Source of the DNA: Antedon mediterranea
Lineage: Eukaryota; Animalia; Echinodermata
Reading direction: 5' to 3'
DNA: 64,000 nt
Assembly (NCBI RefSeq): GCF_964355755.1
Contig: NC_092674.1
Coordinates: 7,688,001-7,752,000 of the forward strand
Program-made: the position numbers and the translations under genes
In this document: positions 36,851-51,900 of the stretch, one piece after another
Layout: each line of letters opens with the position of its first letter
How positions within the stretch are numbered: position 1 is the first letter of the stretch
The notes under the pieces: model-generated
Seen by the model: the letters and a program-made list of their open reading frames with translations, nothing else
Told to the model about the DNA's origin: nothing
Databases searched by the model: none

Positions 36851-37668
36851 TGTTACAGCTTGAGTACGACGCATTTGGCGTCCCATACTTTATTTTTAAA
36901 TTACCTTTCTTGCTTCTCATGTTACCGAGGTTACTGTGTTGTTTTCTCCGAAAGTGAGCAGTCATCTTCACCATGTTTCATTCCAAAAGGCATAGTCACA
37001 GATAGATGTATGTTTTTATATGCTTTTAATTATTATCATACATTTAATTAATAACTTAGGAATCATATGACGTAAGATTTAGTATTTGTAACTTTATAGT
37101 TTTCTTTATTTTGTAAGTTTAAGTTTCGATCATCCTTGATTGTTACCATCCATTGTGTACAGCGTTATGCTAGCCTAAAGGATGCGATTAGCGCTGTTCG
37201 CCCGACTATATAGATTAGTTGGAAGCTTTAATTATTTATAACTTTATATATTATGATTGATATTCATCGTATTCTGTGGTAGATTTACCCACGATATTGT
37301 AGTTTATGTGATCAACATTTTAGTAGTTCATGTGTAGTTAGTTTAGCTATGTAATTGGAAACTTGTATTTCAATATAGAATTCTTCATGGATAGACCATG
37401 TGAGTTATCACGGCGTGCAGAATTATGTTCGTTACGCTTGACTGAGCACAAGTAGTGCGCAGCTGCAGAATAGGCCAATAAGATTGTTTATATGTTATAT
37501 AAAGGAATTGACTATAGAAATCATCAGTATGTACAATACAGTGCTTAATTAGTATTTTGATGTTAATTCTTGTTTATTTTTTCTATTAAATTTCAGTTAA
37601 AACCGTTTGACACAATAACGCGTTACAAGTTTCTGTTATTTGCCTTTTACACGTGACTGGAGGTCACA
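36851..37668 (+). repeat. 3' LTR
   Basis: Direct repeat of 31775..32592. Confidence 0.96.
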
Positions 37669-38711
37669 AGGAATGGGGTGTTTGTTTTTGTAGTAGAGGC
37701 GTTATAATAAAATAATGTACTGAGATAGACTTATTTGTATCTATATACAGCTTAAATACAGCTTAAATACCAATTAAATGATGATATCTTGTGAAAAGTT
37801 GTGGGTCAATCAAGATTAAAACAAATGTTAGGGAAGGGATCACCTCAAAAGAGTATATTAATAGTCATATTATCATAATAGTAATACCATTTGTTCAATG
37901 AAGGTCAAGTAAGTGATGTAATTAAGTATATTAATTGAAAAATGTAACAACAATTGGAAATTAGCTCGTTAACAATTACGTGAGACAGAAGATACATGTT
38001 TAACTAGGCTTAAAGGACAACTTGACCGAGGACCATGTTTTAGGGATGTACCTATATGATTTCAGCACCATTGTGAGATTAAGGATATCGCCGCATGGGC
38101 TTGCCGTACAAGCCGTCGCCGTAAATTGCTGTGACGTCACAGGTGCAGCGCAAAATTCTGGCATTTCTAGTAAACACACCGTAACAAATATAAATGTTGA
38201 TTTTGTTATTGTTTATTTTGCTTATCTAGACTCATTAAGTAGATTTTGCGATGCACCTGTGACGGAACAGCAATTTATGTAAATGATTTAAATAAATTGT
38301 TCACAAAAATAAAATTGTAATGCCTTATTATATAATTATCCATAAACATAAAACATCGAAAAAGTCCGAACCATGGCTGGTCAATTTAAAGTCACTTACA
38401 TCGGCTCAATGTTTTGGAACAACCTGCCTTTAGATTTAAAGAATATTTTTTCTAAAAATTTGTTCGTTAAACATATAACATAACTTTTATTATCAAGATA
38501 CTGATTTAAGGTGGCCCATCTCTTATGGTTTTTGTCTGTCCTTTATTTTGTTAATTTCATTGTATTGTTATTTTCCATTGTTATTGTTTGTATACAATGT
38601 ATTTGTTAGTTTGGGACAAACGCTCGATTAACGAAAGCATTTTTTTTTGCTCCAATTTTCTATTGGTGAATAAATAAGTAAATGATACATTCCTGCTTAG
38701 TGTTTTTAAAT

Positions 38712-38742
<31 letters not shown>

Positions 38743-38840
38743 GACTGCACCCTGGCTCCCTTTGTTATATTTCTTTTATTCCTGTCCACCGAGGCAGCAC
38801 TTGCCAGCTTTATACTCTGACGTTATCCAAATTCCTTCAC

Positions 38841-38881
38841 TTGCACTGATGAAGGGCTAGTGTTGCCCGAAAGCTCTGCTA
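38841..38881 (+). ncRNA. Minimal type I hammerhead ribozyme motif, copy 2
   Basis: Identical to 16327..16367. Confidence 0.82.
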
Positions 38882-39078
38882 ACTTTTCTGGCTGTTTACT
38901 TTATCGTTTTGATTTAGCTTTTCGCTTTTTATTTTTGTATCTCCATTGAGATCCAGCCACTGATACCCACAGCATTGTCATTTTTTCAGTAATTTGCCTT
39001 TGGATTTATATATATAACGTACCACGCCGAGAATGTTAAAGAGTCGCTATCCAATCGAGTTCGAACAATACCATGAAA

Positions 39079-39150
39079 GCCCCAGTGGTCTAATGGTTAG
39101 GACATCTGCATATCAAGCAGGCGGTCCGAGTTCGAGTCTCGGTTGGGGCG
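39079..39150 (+). tRNA. tRNA-like cloverleaf, anticodon ATC
   Basis: Copy of 16565..16636. Confidence 0.65.
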
Positions 39151-39443
39151 ACTTGTTCTCATTCTCACAGATTTCCTCATCTTTATCGTTTCAAATTAGT
39201 TAATTAAAATTTCAGTATATCACCGGGCGGTTTAGAATTAATGTTCTTTGCCTGATTTGTTTATATATATAAAAGTATCTCTTCGGAGATCCCGCCTCGT
39301 GAATAAAAATACTGTAAGATGAGGGCGTATCAATTTGATCTCTGGTGCGCGTGCGTACAACTGAGGACTAGTGCTGTTCCGCCGTACCACGCCGAGAATG
39401 TTAAAGAGTCGCTATCCAATCGAGTTCGAACAATACCATGAAA

Positions 39444-39515
39444 GCCCCAGTGGTCTAATGGTTAGGACATCTGCATATCAAGCAGGCGGTCCGAGTTCGA
39501 GTCTCGGTTGGGGCG
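39444..39515 (+). tRNA. tRNA-like cloverleaf, anticodon ATC, with T5 terminator
   Basis: Copy of 16930..17001. Confidence 0.68.
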
Positions 39516-42001
39516 ACTTTTTCTCATTCTCACAGATTTCCTCATCCTCACAGATTTCCTCATCTTTATCGTTTCAAATTAATTAATTAAAATTTCAGTA
39601 TATCACCGGGCAGTTTAGAATTAATGTTCTTTGCCTGATTTGTATATATATATATATATATATTATTATTATTTTATATTATTCATTCATTCATCTTTTT
39701 ATTTCAGAATACAATGGTGACATAATATATCCATAGCAAAAAAGAAAAAAAATCTTAACTCATAGAACAAAAATAAAAATGTATATACACCTATATAAAA
39801 AAGTCAATGCAACAAGGCATTCCATTGTATGTGCATTCTTGACACATTAAGAACGTGGCGATTAATGGTCATGATCAAAGAATTACTACTTGCGTTCACA
39901 CGATTTTTAAAACTAAAAACAGATTTTCCAATGAACTATAATGTTCTAAAGTTTCATGTAAACTTTTATGTACCGTTGTTTGGTGTGTTGAGGGCCTCAT
40001 GTATGTCAGCCTATGCCGTTTTGAGTTACCATCGTTGAATAATAATTAATAAAATGATAAATAAAACTAATCTTAACAGCGCATTCAATCAATTATGGGT
40101 ATTTGTGTATCTGTTGTATCATGTGCTATTTTCATAGCACATGATATTTATATTCCATCCTCCAAATTATTATTTTTCTATTCATAATAATATATATATG
40201 CATATGCCTAGTCAACTAATCAGTATAGGACAAGACGTCATACAAGTCCACAATATGATCTACTCTAAGTTTAATCAGGTAAAACAAATGGAATTATACT
40301 TACGTAGATCAAGTTAAAATTGTTTTTCAATCGGCAGTAAAATGTAGGCCTAGCCTCGTTGAAAGAAAGTGTTTTGAAATTTGCGCTACCTGGCTACTAC
40401 GACACGTCATTTCGACTTAGACATAAGGCCAGCCTATTATTAAATTCATAGATTCATCGTAAACATTCATTATTTCACAGCCACTCAATATTAAACCGAT
40501 ATAATCCTAGTTGAATGAAACAGTTTGTCTTGAAGTTCATGGTATTTTCTCAACATTCAACTCCTAACATACATTATTCAACAAACATAACTAAACTATT
40601 TTTGTGGATCTACCTTGTTTTTGTCGTCGGTTAAAATTTGAAAAGCTGGGCTCTTTGTCCAGTCGTTATCATACAGTCGCAATATTCGACAATGAAGGAT
40701 GCCTTCAGCTTTCAGAAACGTTTGATTCTTCAGTATGTTACAGTTATAAGCAGCGAATTTATTACGATTTTTTACTATTATTACTCAACTATCAATAATG
40801 TTTTGCGTAGATATTTTAAATAAATGGTCTTTAATGTAACAAATCTAATAACGCTGTATTTTATTATAATTTGATTCATTTCTGGATGGTTAAGGATCAT
40901 TAATTGTTAATAACCATGTGATTCTTAGTTGTAAACTTGAACTGGTGAATTTGTACATCAACGGAGATTGAAAACTATTTACTAAACGTAAGTTACCGGT
41001 AACGTTCTTGTTTTGGTTGCTTTACGTTGTTTTTGTCGACGGTTAAAATTTGAAAAGCTCGGCTCTTTGTCCAGTCGTTATCATACAGTCGCAAACAACA
41101 ATAACAGAGTTGTCGGAAAAACAAACATTACTTATAAGCAGCGCATTTATTATTTATTTATTTATTTTATATTACTATTCTACTTTCTTACTTTATCTTA
41201 TTTCAACATTATAGTAGTAATATACTTTAGCCCTGACGACGGAATAGTTTCTGAGAACCACCGATACCAGGTGAATTCAAATAAAATACTTTTTACAGAA
41301 TATAATGAATGTATGAGCTTTTATTACCGAAAGAAGTAGTAAGTATAATATTAATAAGCTAAATCTTAATTAAAATATGATTTCAAAAATAATATAACCA
41401 GTTCAAAACGTAGCATGACACACTTGCCTGCGCCTAGTTAATTAGAATTGTTAGTGTAATGTACAGAGCAATTGGATAATGATTTACATAAAGATATTTA
41501 GGATATAATAAACTTTTTTATTTAACATCTTAATTTGTATTATTTTTTCAGAAGTAAAAACAGTAAAGGTTGACGATAAATCCTCTAAGACTCTAAAACA
41601 AATACGCGCTTGAATGCAGTAGGACTATATATTAGTTTTATGGTCCAACATTACATAAAGAACTCCTTCTAAAATTGTTTCAAACACAAGTTTTCTTTTT
41701 GAACAATTGTTCATACTCTCTTTTATTTTTCCTTTACCGCATTTTTAAAGTTTAGGTTGAATAAGAAATTTTCTTCTCTTGAAAATATATTCCCCCCCCC
41801 CCCCAAAAAAAATAATCAGTTAAATTCAACTAAAATCGCATTAGTAGGCAGCCAATTTTGGTAAATATATATTTTTGTCAATCCAATTTTTGATAGAAGT
41901 GAATAATTAGTGTGTCATTAAAATGGCATATTTTAAAAATGATTTTTTTTTTCAGAGGGAAAATATAACTTAACACAAAACAGTTGTATTGTCCCCCTGA
42001 A

Positions 42002-42076
<75 letters not shown>

Positions 42077-42959
42077 ATATATTTTTATTATGCCAGTTTA
42101 TGTCACTTTAATCAAAAGTTGAACAAAAAACAAATAATTTACATGTAAAAAGTGCATATTAAAGCAAATAAATTGTCAAATTGGCTGCCAGCCAATGAGT
42201 TTTTGATTTAATTTTACCGTTTATTTTGTCATTATATAACTGAAAACATTATTTTTGTTCGTGTTTTTTTTCGACGGAATTGATTAACTTTGTTAAAACT
42301 ACAAAATGGTCTATTTAAAGTTTGATTTTTTTCATCTTAATTTTTCATGTTTTTAGGAGACAATGCATTTTTAGTTTAAAAAAAACTGAATTAAACAGGG
42401 CTGTCCATCTGAAGGTTAATACAATATCATTACATGTTGCAATCTTTTCCATGAGTATAGATATGTAAAAGCAACAGAGAGTAACTAAACTACCTCCAGA
42501 ATTGAAAGACCATAGCTATGATACAAGAAGAAATGCAATGCATCTTTCGACACTATAGACGTGAACGTTCTTGTCTTATTCAACTATTCAAAATGGTCCA
42601 TGGTTATAACAATTTAAATTCAAATGATTACTTAACATTTAATAAAGAACATAGAACACGAGGCCATAACTTCAAATAAGCAACATACTAAGACAATGCA
42701 CAGAAAAAAGTTTTCTCATATTTCATTGTCGAAAAATGGAACAATTTACTGCCCGTTACAGTAAATTCTAAGTCAATTAATAAGTTAAAAACACAAATAG
42801 AAAGAGACTACAACCAGAGAGAGCCCAACAAACAATAAGAAGAATTGATGGTCACAATAGTGAAAGCTTAAGAAGACTCTATCAACAAATGAACAATGAA
42901 TGATGAACAAACAATTCAATGAACAAACAAATGAATTAACAGTTGTATTTAGTGGTATT

Positions 42960-45900
42960 TTACTTTACGTTAGCATATTCCTCGTACATTTTCAGATAAC
43001 ACAGGGCAGCATCGTAGCAATAGCTGTACTGAACCTAGAAATACAATATTAAACAATATTATTATTATATAAAGCTCTGTGAACACTGTCAAGAGTTTGA
43101 AAAAAAGTGTGATGTGCCAAAATATGGTAGTGATGTGACATCACCATGTCCATATATGGGCACATCGTATTTCGTCACATAAAGTTTGATATTGTAGATG
43201 ATTACTTCGAAAATCTACTGATTCTGAATTAGTTTTATAAGATTTAGAGTTTTTTGGTTTATTTTATTTACGACATAAAACAATTTGTTTTGTTTTGCAA
43301 TGAATGTCTTTTTGGCGATTCAGCTTTAAAGCACCCATTGGGTTAATTGAGTTTGAGAGCACACATTCAACGAATTTTAAACAAAAGTAATTGTTAAAAT
43401 GTATAAGAAATTAAACGAAAAAAATCGTTGGTATGATAGAAATTCAATAAAGATAAGGGAGACAATAAGACGCAATAAAAAGAAACTACCTCAGAGTTCA
43501 CCGCAGTAGGACATGCTGACCTTAGCGCCTTAAGTGTTTGCGATACATCCACCACCTTGTCTTCTCGCATTTTCTGTATCACTGAATAAACTAGGCAAAA
43601 TAATCCAGATCTACCAAAATCATCCCTATTGCATAAATGCATTGTATTAATAAACCAATACAGCCGTATTAGAATAGAAATACCAGTGAAGAGTGAAATT
43701 ACCTTCACTCTTCACCAACTTGACGCCAAGTTGTTACTGTAACAAATTGTTTTGTTGTGAAAAAGAGAAATACATGTTTATCAAAGTGGAAAAGCATTTA
43801 TCATATAAAATAATTATTTCAGTTAATTTTACTTTTTGATTTTACTTACATGCAATGAACAGAGATTGGTGAAGTATCATCTCGTTCCATTATTTTCATA
43901 ATGATTTTAACAAATGCATCAACTTCTGGAACAGGTTCGTTTTTTGGCCATTGGTTAACCTCATACTGAACAATGTGTCGTTTTCCATCATCCTTAATGA
44001 AAAAACAAATCAATGAATCAATTCCATATTTACAGTAAGAAGATACAGGAAATGATGGTTGATAAGCAGACGATTGATTTAAATCACCATCTCATTTATT
44101 AAATTAAAATAGGTTACTACGATTACTTATAATTATTTCGTTTCAATTATTTCATTGATAAGTAATCTATAATATATGGCATTATTCACTGACTTTACAA
44201 AAAAACAAATATTAACCTTTTCTAAGACGATTCGTCTCTCATTCATAAATTCATTCTGATAATTTGATTTGACAGTGACTGTATATTCACCAAATGTTTG
44301 TTTCTGATTGATCTTTTTTGGGAGGTACAGTGCACTCGTTATATCTTCCATCTCATTTAGCTGTACTGTGACGTCACATCTATAGTCAAACACTAAACGC
44401 CAGAAATCCATAGTATTGTTAGTATGCGATGGCGTCTGAGTAACGATAAAAGCACGATGATCACTGTACCGCTTCGGAATAAAACAAACTAAACATTAAT
44501 TGAAAAAAACACGATTATACAAAACAAAAGAGAAAATGTGGGGGATACTTGCGCATGTGTCTTTTTATATCGTTGTATAATACTGTAAATTATTTTATTC
44601 GAAAGAAATCGCTCTGTCTATCTTACTACGAGTAAACCTACAATGCCTACTGTACGTCATTTTTGTGTTTCTTAAATGTATCAAGATGATTTGAAATGTT
44701 AAAATAACAAAGTATATTGTGCCATTTTCTAATATCAAACTTAAACGAGTTTCTACATGTTCATATTAGAACTCCAATATCAAACTGGCTCAATTTAATT
44801 GTTAATAGATTTAAAAGAGTTTTTCACATTTTCATATTAGAACTTAATATTACATATTGTGAGACTGGTTGTAACGACATCCTCTCCTCAATACATGCTT
44901 TCCCACAACCTGGTACCTACCTCAGCATGTGAAGCGTTAATGTATTCTTCACCAGCGTCAACATTTATTTGGAAACACCGTTTATTTACTGTATTAAATT
45001 AAATAAAAACAAATCATTATTGAGTAATTAATATTGTAGTATTATATTTGATTTTGGTCATCGGCTCAGCAAACTTCAAGTCAAGTCTTTTTTTAATTAA
45101 CAAAAATGGTGTAGGCCTAATTTCACTGCATTTCACAATAATGCTTAAAAACGTTCCTCTTTAAAAAAAAATATTGTTTTATATTTGTATAGACAAAGAA
45201 AATTAAGAAATGTTTCATTATCAATTGTTATCATTTAACATAATCAAATCGTAACATACTAATACTAAGGTATAAAACTTACAGATCAAAACATCTGGTC
45301 GTCTGGCACGTGACGTGTCATCATCCAAATGACGTAGAAGCAAACTGTTTACGGTCTAAAAAGAAAAAAAAGAGAGGCTATTATCTTACGAATTGATTAT
45401 TTGTTAGTTTTATTTTACCGTTTTATAATAATTTGAAATCGTGGTTGGAGAAATGGAAACCATAATAATACACGTATTTAAGACATGTAATTTACAAGAC
45501 AAGAAATTTAAAAAACGTATTATTTATTATTATTAGTGTTGGTATTTATAAATATTTTTATTTCCATATAATATTATTCTCTACCAAGCCTCTTCCTAAA
45601 ATGCTACGTTTTCCTAAAACAGGTGGAGGAGGAAGGAAGGTTGATCTATTGTATGTAGGCCTATATGATTATTATTAATCTACTACATCTATATTTTTCT
45701 ATAATATTTATAATTACAGTTTTATTTGTTTTTACTACTGTTAAACTTGTTATTTTAAAAAGGTTTAAAATAAATTTTAATTAAATTAATAAATCAGTAG
45801 TAAATATAACATACCTCAAATTCTTTCTTGAAACCGTTCCTGACGCTTGATTGGCGTTTCGTTACATAATCAAGAAGTTGGGACAACTCAATAGGTTTGT

Positions 45901-48900
45901 ATGCTTTGTCATCTAGTTCTGTGACATCAACAGCATGAGTTGGCACAGGCTCTTGTTCCGGAATTGTTTCCGGAATTGGTTCTATGTATACGGGCTCAGC
46001 AGAAGAAATGACAAGAGCAGACATATGCATTTCATATGCACCTTGATCATTAACATGATCTTGTTTATGTTCGGGTTCTATGTATACTGGTTCAGCAGCA
46101 GAAGACATGGAAACATCAGACTTAATGTTTTTATATTCACTTTGCTTTTCCAGATTTGCAACATCATTAACAGGATCCTGTTCAGGCTCAGCGTATATGG
46201 GTTCAACAGAAGATGTGGCACCACTAGCTTGAACACTTTCAAACTCATTGGGTTCATATTTTTTGTACAAACTTTGGTAATTTTTATCTTTTGCGTTTAG
46301 ATCTTGTTGACGAGTAGAAGCTTTACTAACCTCTGTTTTCGCGCTTGATTGTTTTAAACTAAATAAAACAAAGAAATGAATACGATTAAGTCGATGGTTA
46401 TTTTGAGTTTCTTCTTCTCCTTTTTCCTTGCAATGCCACCCCGAGTAAATTGTTATTTCAAAATTGGCAAAAAACTATATGACTGATACTTTACCGTTTC
46501 AATATTATCAAAGTGATAGTAACTACGAAAACGGCCACAACTACTGAACCAATTACAACACCTATTACGTAACCTAAAAAGTAAAATATTACTGTACTTG
46601 AACATGGACACTTTTTATAAGGTATTCAATGTGAACGGATCCGGTTTTCTTTTAAGTAAGTTTAACCCAATGTACAATTAACAAAAAATAACAACAATCC
46701 GAGTGGGAACGGTTAGATATTAAAACATTTTCCAATTCTTATGATTTTGGTTTATTCGTACTGAATGAAAATAAGAAAATTCCAAAAAGTAAAGTGTGTT
46801 GATTATTTCACTAACCTTCTAGTTTCTTTTTGTCTGAAAAAGTATTGTTAGTTGACGGATTACAATCAATCCCAAACAGAATTGTCTTTGTTTGAGACGT
46901 CGTATTAACGTTTAGATATGAAGCAAAAACTGTAAATGTATATTCTATACATGGCTCAATTCCGTCACCAAATATAACTTCTGTTTCTATTGTAATTTCT
47001 TGACGAAATATACCACCTGACAGTTCATAATGGTAGGTCACCTGATAGTCTGGAATGTCACATTTAGAAGCGTTCCATTTCACCAGTAAATGTGTTCTAT
47101 TTGCAAATATATTACTTTCTATCGATGGCTCTATATACGAATATAAGTAGAATTTGTAGGTCAAAGGTGCTCATTTTACTTTAAAACTTACAATATCAAT
47201 ATAACAAAATATAAAAAAATATTTGTTTGTCATTTTTTTGTTTGTTTTTGACTTACCCTTATTAAAAAAAGTTTTTTTTAATGAAATTAATAAATAGGTA
47301 TAAACAAAAACATAATGGGTTGAATATATCATGTTTGCATATAGTGTTCAACAAACTAAGTAATTCAATTAGTGTATTTTGGCATCCGAAGTCTAACTTA
47401 CCTGATGGTGCTGTTTGTATCAATATGTCCTCTCCCCAATTACCAGCAATATCCATATTATTAACAATTCGAGCGTTTATTATATAATCAGTACAACGTG
47501 ATAATCCTGATATTTCAACCTGTTTAGAACTGTTTGTTGTATTGACTACACCTTGTATATTTCCATCTCTATCCGAATACTGCACTTGATATCCAAGAAT
47601 ATAGTTACATTGAATTCGATCATAATCACTAGATACAGGCTGAAAATAAAGTATACCATTAAATTACACTGTATTTCGTAATTGTATAATCAAGTTGAAT
47701 TAAAAAACAAACAAACAAATAAATAAAAACAAATATAAAACTTTTGAGAATAATGTAACATTTATAAAAAATATATTTAATTAATCCAACTGTTTCTTTG
47801 AATGATTGAATCCAATTATTTGGAGGTTTGGCATAACTTGGCATAACTAAATGAATGCTGATACTAATACCTTTAATTTTAAGATTATTTTTTTATCTTT
47901 CCTTGTTTTTATTGTTGTTACTGGTTCTACCAATGGTTCTATAGTAAGTAAAAAATATTGCAATACATTAGGAATAAATTAAAAATATAATGAAGTAATA
48001 ACATAGGCCTATAAATTATAAATAAATAAAACAGCAAGAATAAAGTGTAAACCTATTTGTAATAGAAAAATATTTACGGGCACATTATTATTACTGAAGA
48101 TATGTATAGTATTTTATTTCTGATCGAGTAAGATTGCTTTTTGTTTTTAATTGATTGAAATGTTATTTTTAAAGTATACACATTCATTACATTATTTTTT
48201 TCTCTTAAAAATCAGGAAAGTGTTTGTTATTCCAGGTAAAGTGAAATTTAACTTTTCCCTGGTTAATTAATTTTGCCATAAATGATTTTTGTATAATTAT
48301 GATAATGACTATTAAAACGGCGGTTTTTATTTAAAATTAACGTACATGGTATCTAGAAAAATATATATATTAATTACATTCGGTTATAGTAGGCGTTATT
48401 CTATTTTCAAATTTCAATATAATAAATAAAAATAAATAAAATGACATTTGGCTAGAATTTATGGGTGAATATGATCTGAGCATGCGTATAGAGATATCAG
48501 GTTATAGCAAGTAATCCTGAAAAATAGTGCTTACTTGAACAAATCAATTTAGTGGATCCAACGTTACTTCTTGGTCCACCTGTCTGATTATTATAAACCA
48601 TTCTAAAAAATTGTAATGTAAATTTTATTTTCGCATTTGGAATTAAGTTATCGATTATCAATAATTTATTCTTAATAGGAAAAGAGACAGAAGTCCATGT
48701 ATCATTATATTCTGGCTTATACAAAAGCGTCCGTTTTATAATTGTTCCTGTTCCATAGTCTTCACCAGGAATCCAAGTGACGTCAAACGTCACGGTAGTT
48801 ACTGTCTGCTCTACAATAGTTGGCGGTTCAGAACGATATGGTAATGCTAAGACAAAATAAAATACAGAATAATAAATATAAATAAATTCAAATATACAAA

Positions 48901-51900
48901 TTACCTAGCCTATTACTATATAATGACAAATATTTATTCTAAAACTTATTATTTTCAAAGTTAAATTGTGTGTTTACTTAACATCTGAATACGTTTTCTT
49001 CTGTATGCAATACAGTATAATACTATAGGCCTACATTCATTTGAAAATTCAGAAAAAAAAAGAAATATAAATAAAATCGAAATAAATGAAATAAATCGAA
49101 TATAGGGCTGCTTTGTTTATACTATTATTTGACAACCGAAAGTTTATACAATGTGTCCAGATAGAAATGTCTTGTACGGTACCGTATTTATTGTATGACT
49201 TGCCTACGTGGTGGGTGGATACACCGCGAAGAAAAAATGAAAATGAAAATGAAAAAAGGGTAGAAAATTTGCAATAATTAAAAGTCCATAGCATAAACGA
49301 ACAACAGCGGCGGAGAATGAATATTATACTAGTAGTAAATGTGTATCATAACAGTGTATGGTGTTACCTATGCTACAGTTTGGCCCGGCCCAAGCCTCAT
49401 GGCATCCACTATCGCAACTTCCATCTCGAGTACAATTTTCAGAGTCTTTGCAGTGACACTGGAAATTACACAAATCACCAAAGAATCCGGATGAACATGA
49501 CACATGCTCTACTGTAGTGTAACAAAGCAGAATGTTAACAATAAACCAATGTGATGTGAATATATATCAAAGTATGCTGTGTTATAATAAAGTACATTCT
49601 TTGTTGGAGTCTAGATTTAGACAGACATTGATGTTCGTATTTTGTGGTAAAATAATGGGTGGACTTGTAAGAGGCCACGCGTGTTAGAAATTCTGGTTAA
49701 TTATCTACCACATGAGTATTTCTTAGTTTGTCAATATGTATAGTATACATTCTTATAGGTCATGTCAAGTTCATATTGGTACACTCAGTATAGATATTTT
49801 TGGAATCATAACTGGTAAATGCAGCGTTAATTATGCCTATAACTAGATAATGTATACATAATTTAGTAACTACAAAATACTACCGAGACATCCTTCTCCG
49901 GTGTAACCGTCTAAACACATTGACTTAGTCCTACATCCACTCGTTGTATCACAATGTTCGCTGTCACAGTGACAAACTTGCCGGCAATCAGCTCCATAGA
50001 AACCTGTGTCACACACTATAAACAGATGTTTTATACAATGCAGAGACAACAATTATGTAATTATGTCACAGATAATTATAATACAAAAATTAATAAATAT
50101 TCATACCTGAACTTAAATAACATGATACATATTTGTAATGACAATAAAAACACCTATTATATTTAATTAATACGATGATGACAACGTAAAAATCAACGAA
50201 TATTGTAATCATGAATTACAATTATTAACAACAAATGAATAAGTAGTAACCATTATAACATATTATTTCCTCTTAAAATGCATTGATGCATGCAAAACTA
50301 TATTTATATTATTTAAATGTTAACCTGTATTGCAATCATTTCCTCCAAAACCATTGTGGCATGTACAACCAACTGGATCAGGTGGAGATAAAACAATTCC
50401 TGTGCAATTTCCTCCAACAGAACACACAAAGTTGCAGTCACGACCCCAGTCGTTATATCCACAACCTTTAATAAATCAAATAAAATGGGTAAGTATATAT
50501 AGGCCTACGTACGTAGGAATAAGCTAATCAATCGACCTAAATCATCTGAATTATTAAATAATCTAAATAATTAAATGATAAATAATAATAATAATTAATA
50601 ATAATAATAATAATTAATGATAATAATTAAATAATAATAATAATTAAATAATAATAATAATAATATTTATTTATTTTTATTTTATGTCTTTAGGGAATGT
50701 GGCCAAGGATTACCAATAGTGAATTAATCACTGTCCTATCAGATAGGTGGTAATCCCCTTGATACAGGGGCTATTGTGTGAACCAGTTCACCGGGGTAAC
50801 CCCCTAATAATAATAATAAAAATAATAATAATAATACACACGTACATCCAAATTATATATTATCAAAACAAAATTCAACATTATTTTGTGTATTTAAGCT
50901 TAAGAAATAAATTTTAATTATTAATTATTACGTACTTTTAAGGAGCAAATGCAATACCTTGTTTGCAAGACGTTCCTTTAAATCCTGCTGTGCAAATACA
51001 GACACCCGTCTTATCGTCACATACTCCGCCATTATAACATACGGGACAGTCCATTTCACAGTCTGGAGGATTCCACTTTGGCGAGGGACAAGCTAAATAC
51101 AATATGAATAATTAAACAGTGCCAAAATGATATCTAATAATACTGTATAAATAGACAAATAAAGGTTTCAAGATTATAACAGATTACAACAAAATCCAAT
51201 AAACAAATAGGCCTTATATCTTTAATTAGTATACAGTGAGTGATGGATAAAATAAATTATTTCAGGAACGAGGATGCTAATTGTAATAGACTTCTGAGTT
51301 AAGTAACTTTAGATAAAAACATTGAGAAGTCAAATTTATTTTGTAAAATACACATTATAGATTAGAACTGCATTACAAAATGATCAATAATAAGCCCTTC
51401 TACAATATTAACAAACATATATTAATAACCATTCTTCTATGGGAAAGGTTGTAGCAATCAATAATTTTATAAACGTAATGTACCTCTAACAATAAGTCTC
51501 ATGATACCATGGTTACCATCAGGGCTATCACCTGTAAAACATTCATATACGCCATCATCTTTCATTCGTATGTTTTCAATCACAGCAGACGTATTGCTCC
51601 TCAGATGGTCTATTTCCTCACCGTAATTATGTCTCCAACGTAAATCGTCAAGATCAGTACCTTTACTGAGATTGATAGTGACATACTCTCCAATACCGAC
51701 TGTTATCGTTCTATACTCCATTCTAATTACAGCTGTAAAGAATAAGAGATAAAAATGTGGTTTTAGGTAAATTTTAATAGTTAAAATAATGGTATTAGGT
51801 TCCATTACGATCTATCTGAACTTACTCACCGGAATCGGATGTCAAGACAATGGCTGAATCTGTAACTACTTCACCTTTCTTTGCTTCAAATGAAAAAACT

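Larger units (their letters stand above)
31775..37668 (+). mobile_element. BEL/Pao LTR retrotransposon (5894 bp), gag-deficient
   Basis: Two 818-bp TG..CA LTRs, 5-bp TSD aggaa (31770..31774 and 37669..37673), purine-rich tract before the 3' LTR; empty sites at ~14670 and ~54294. Confidence 0.97.
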
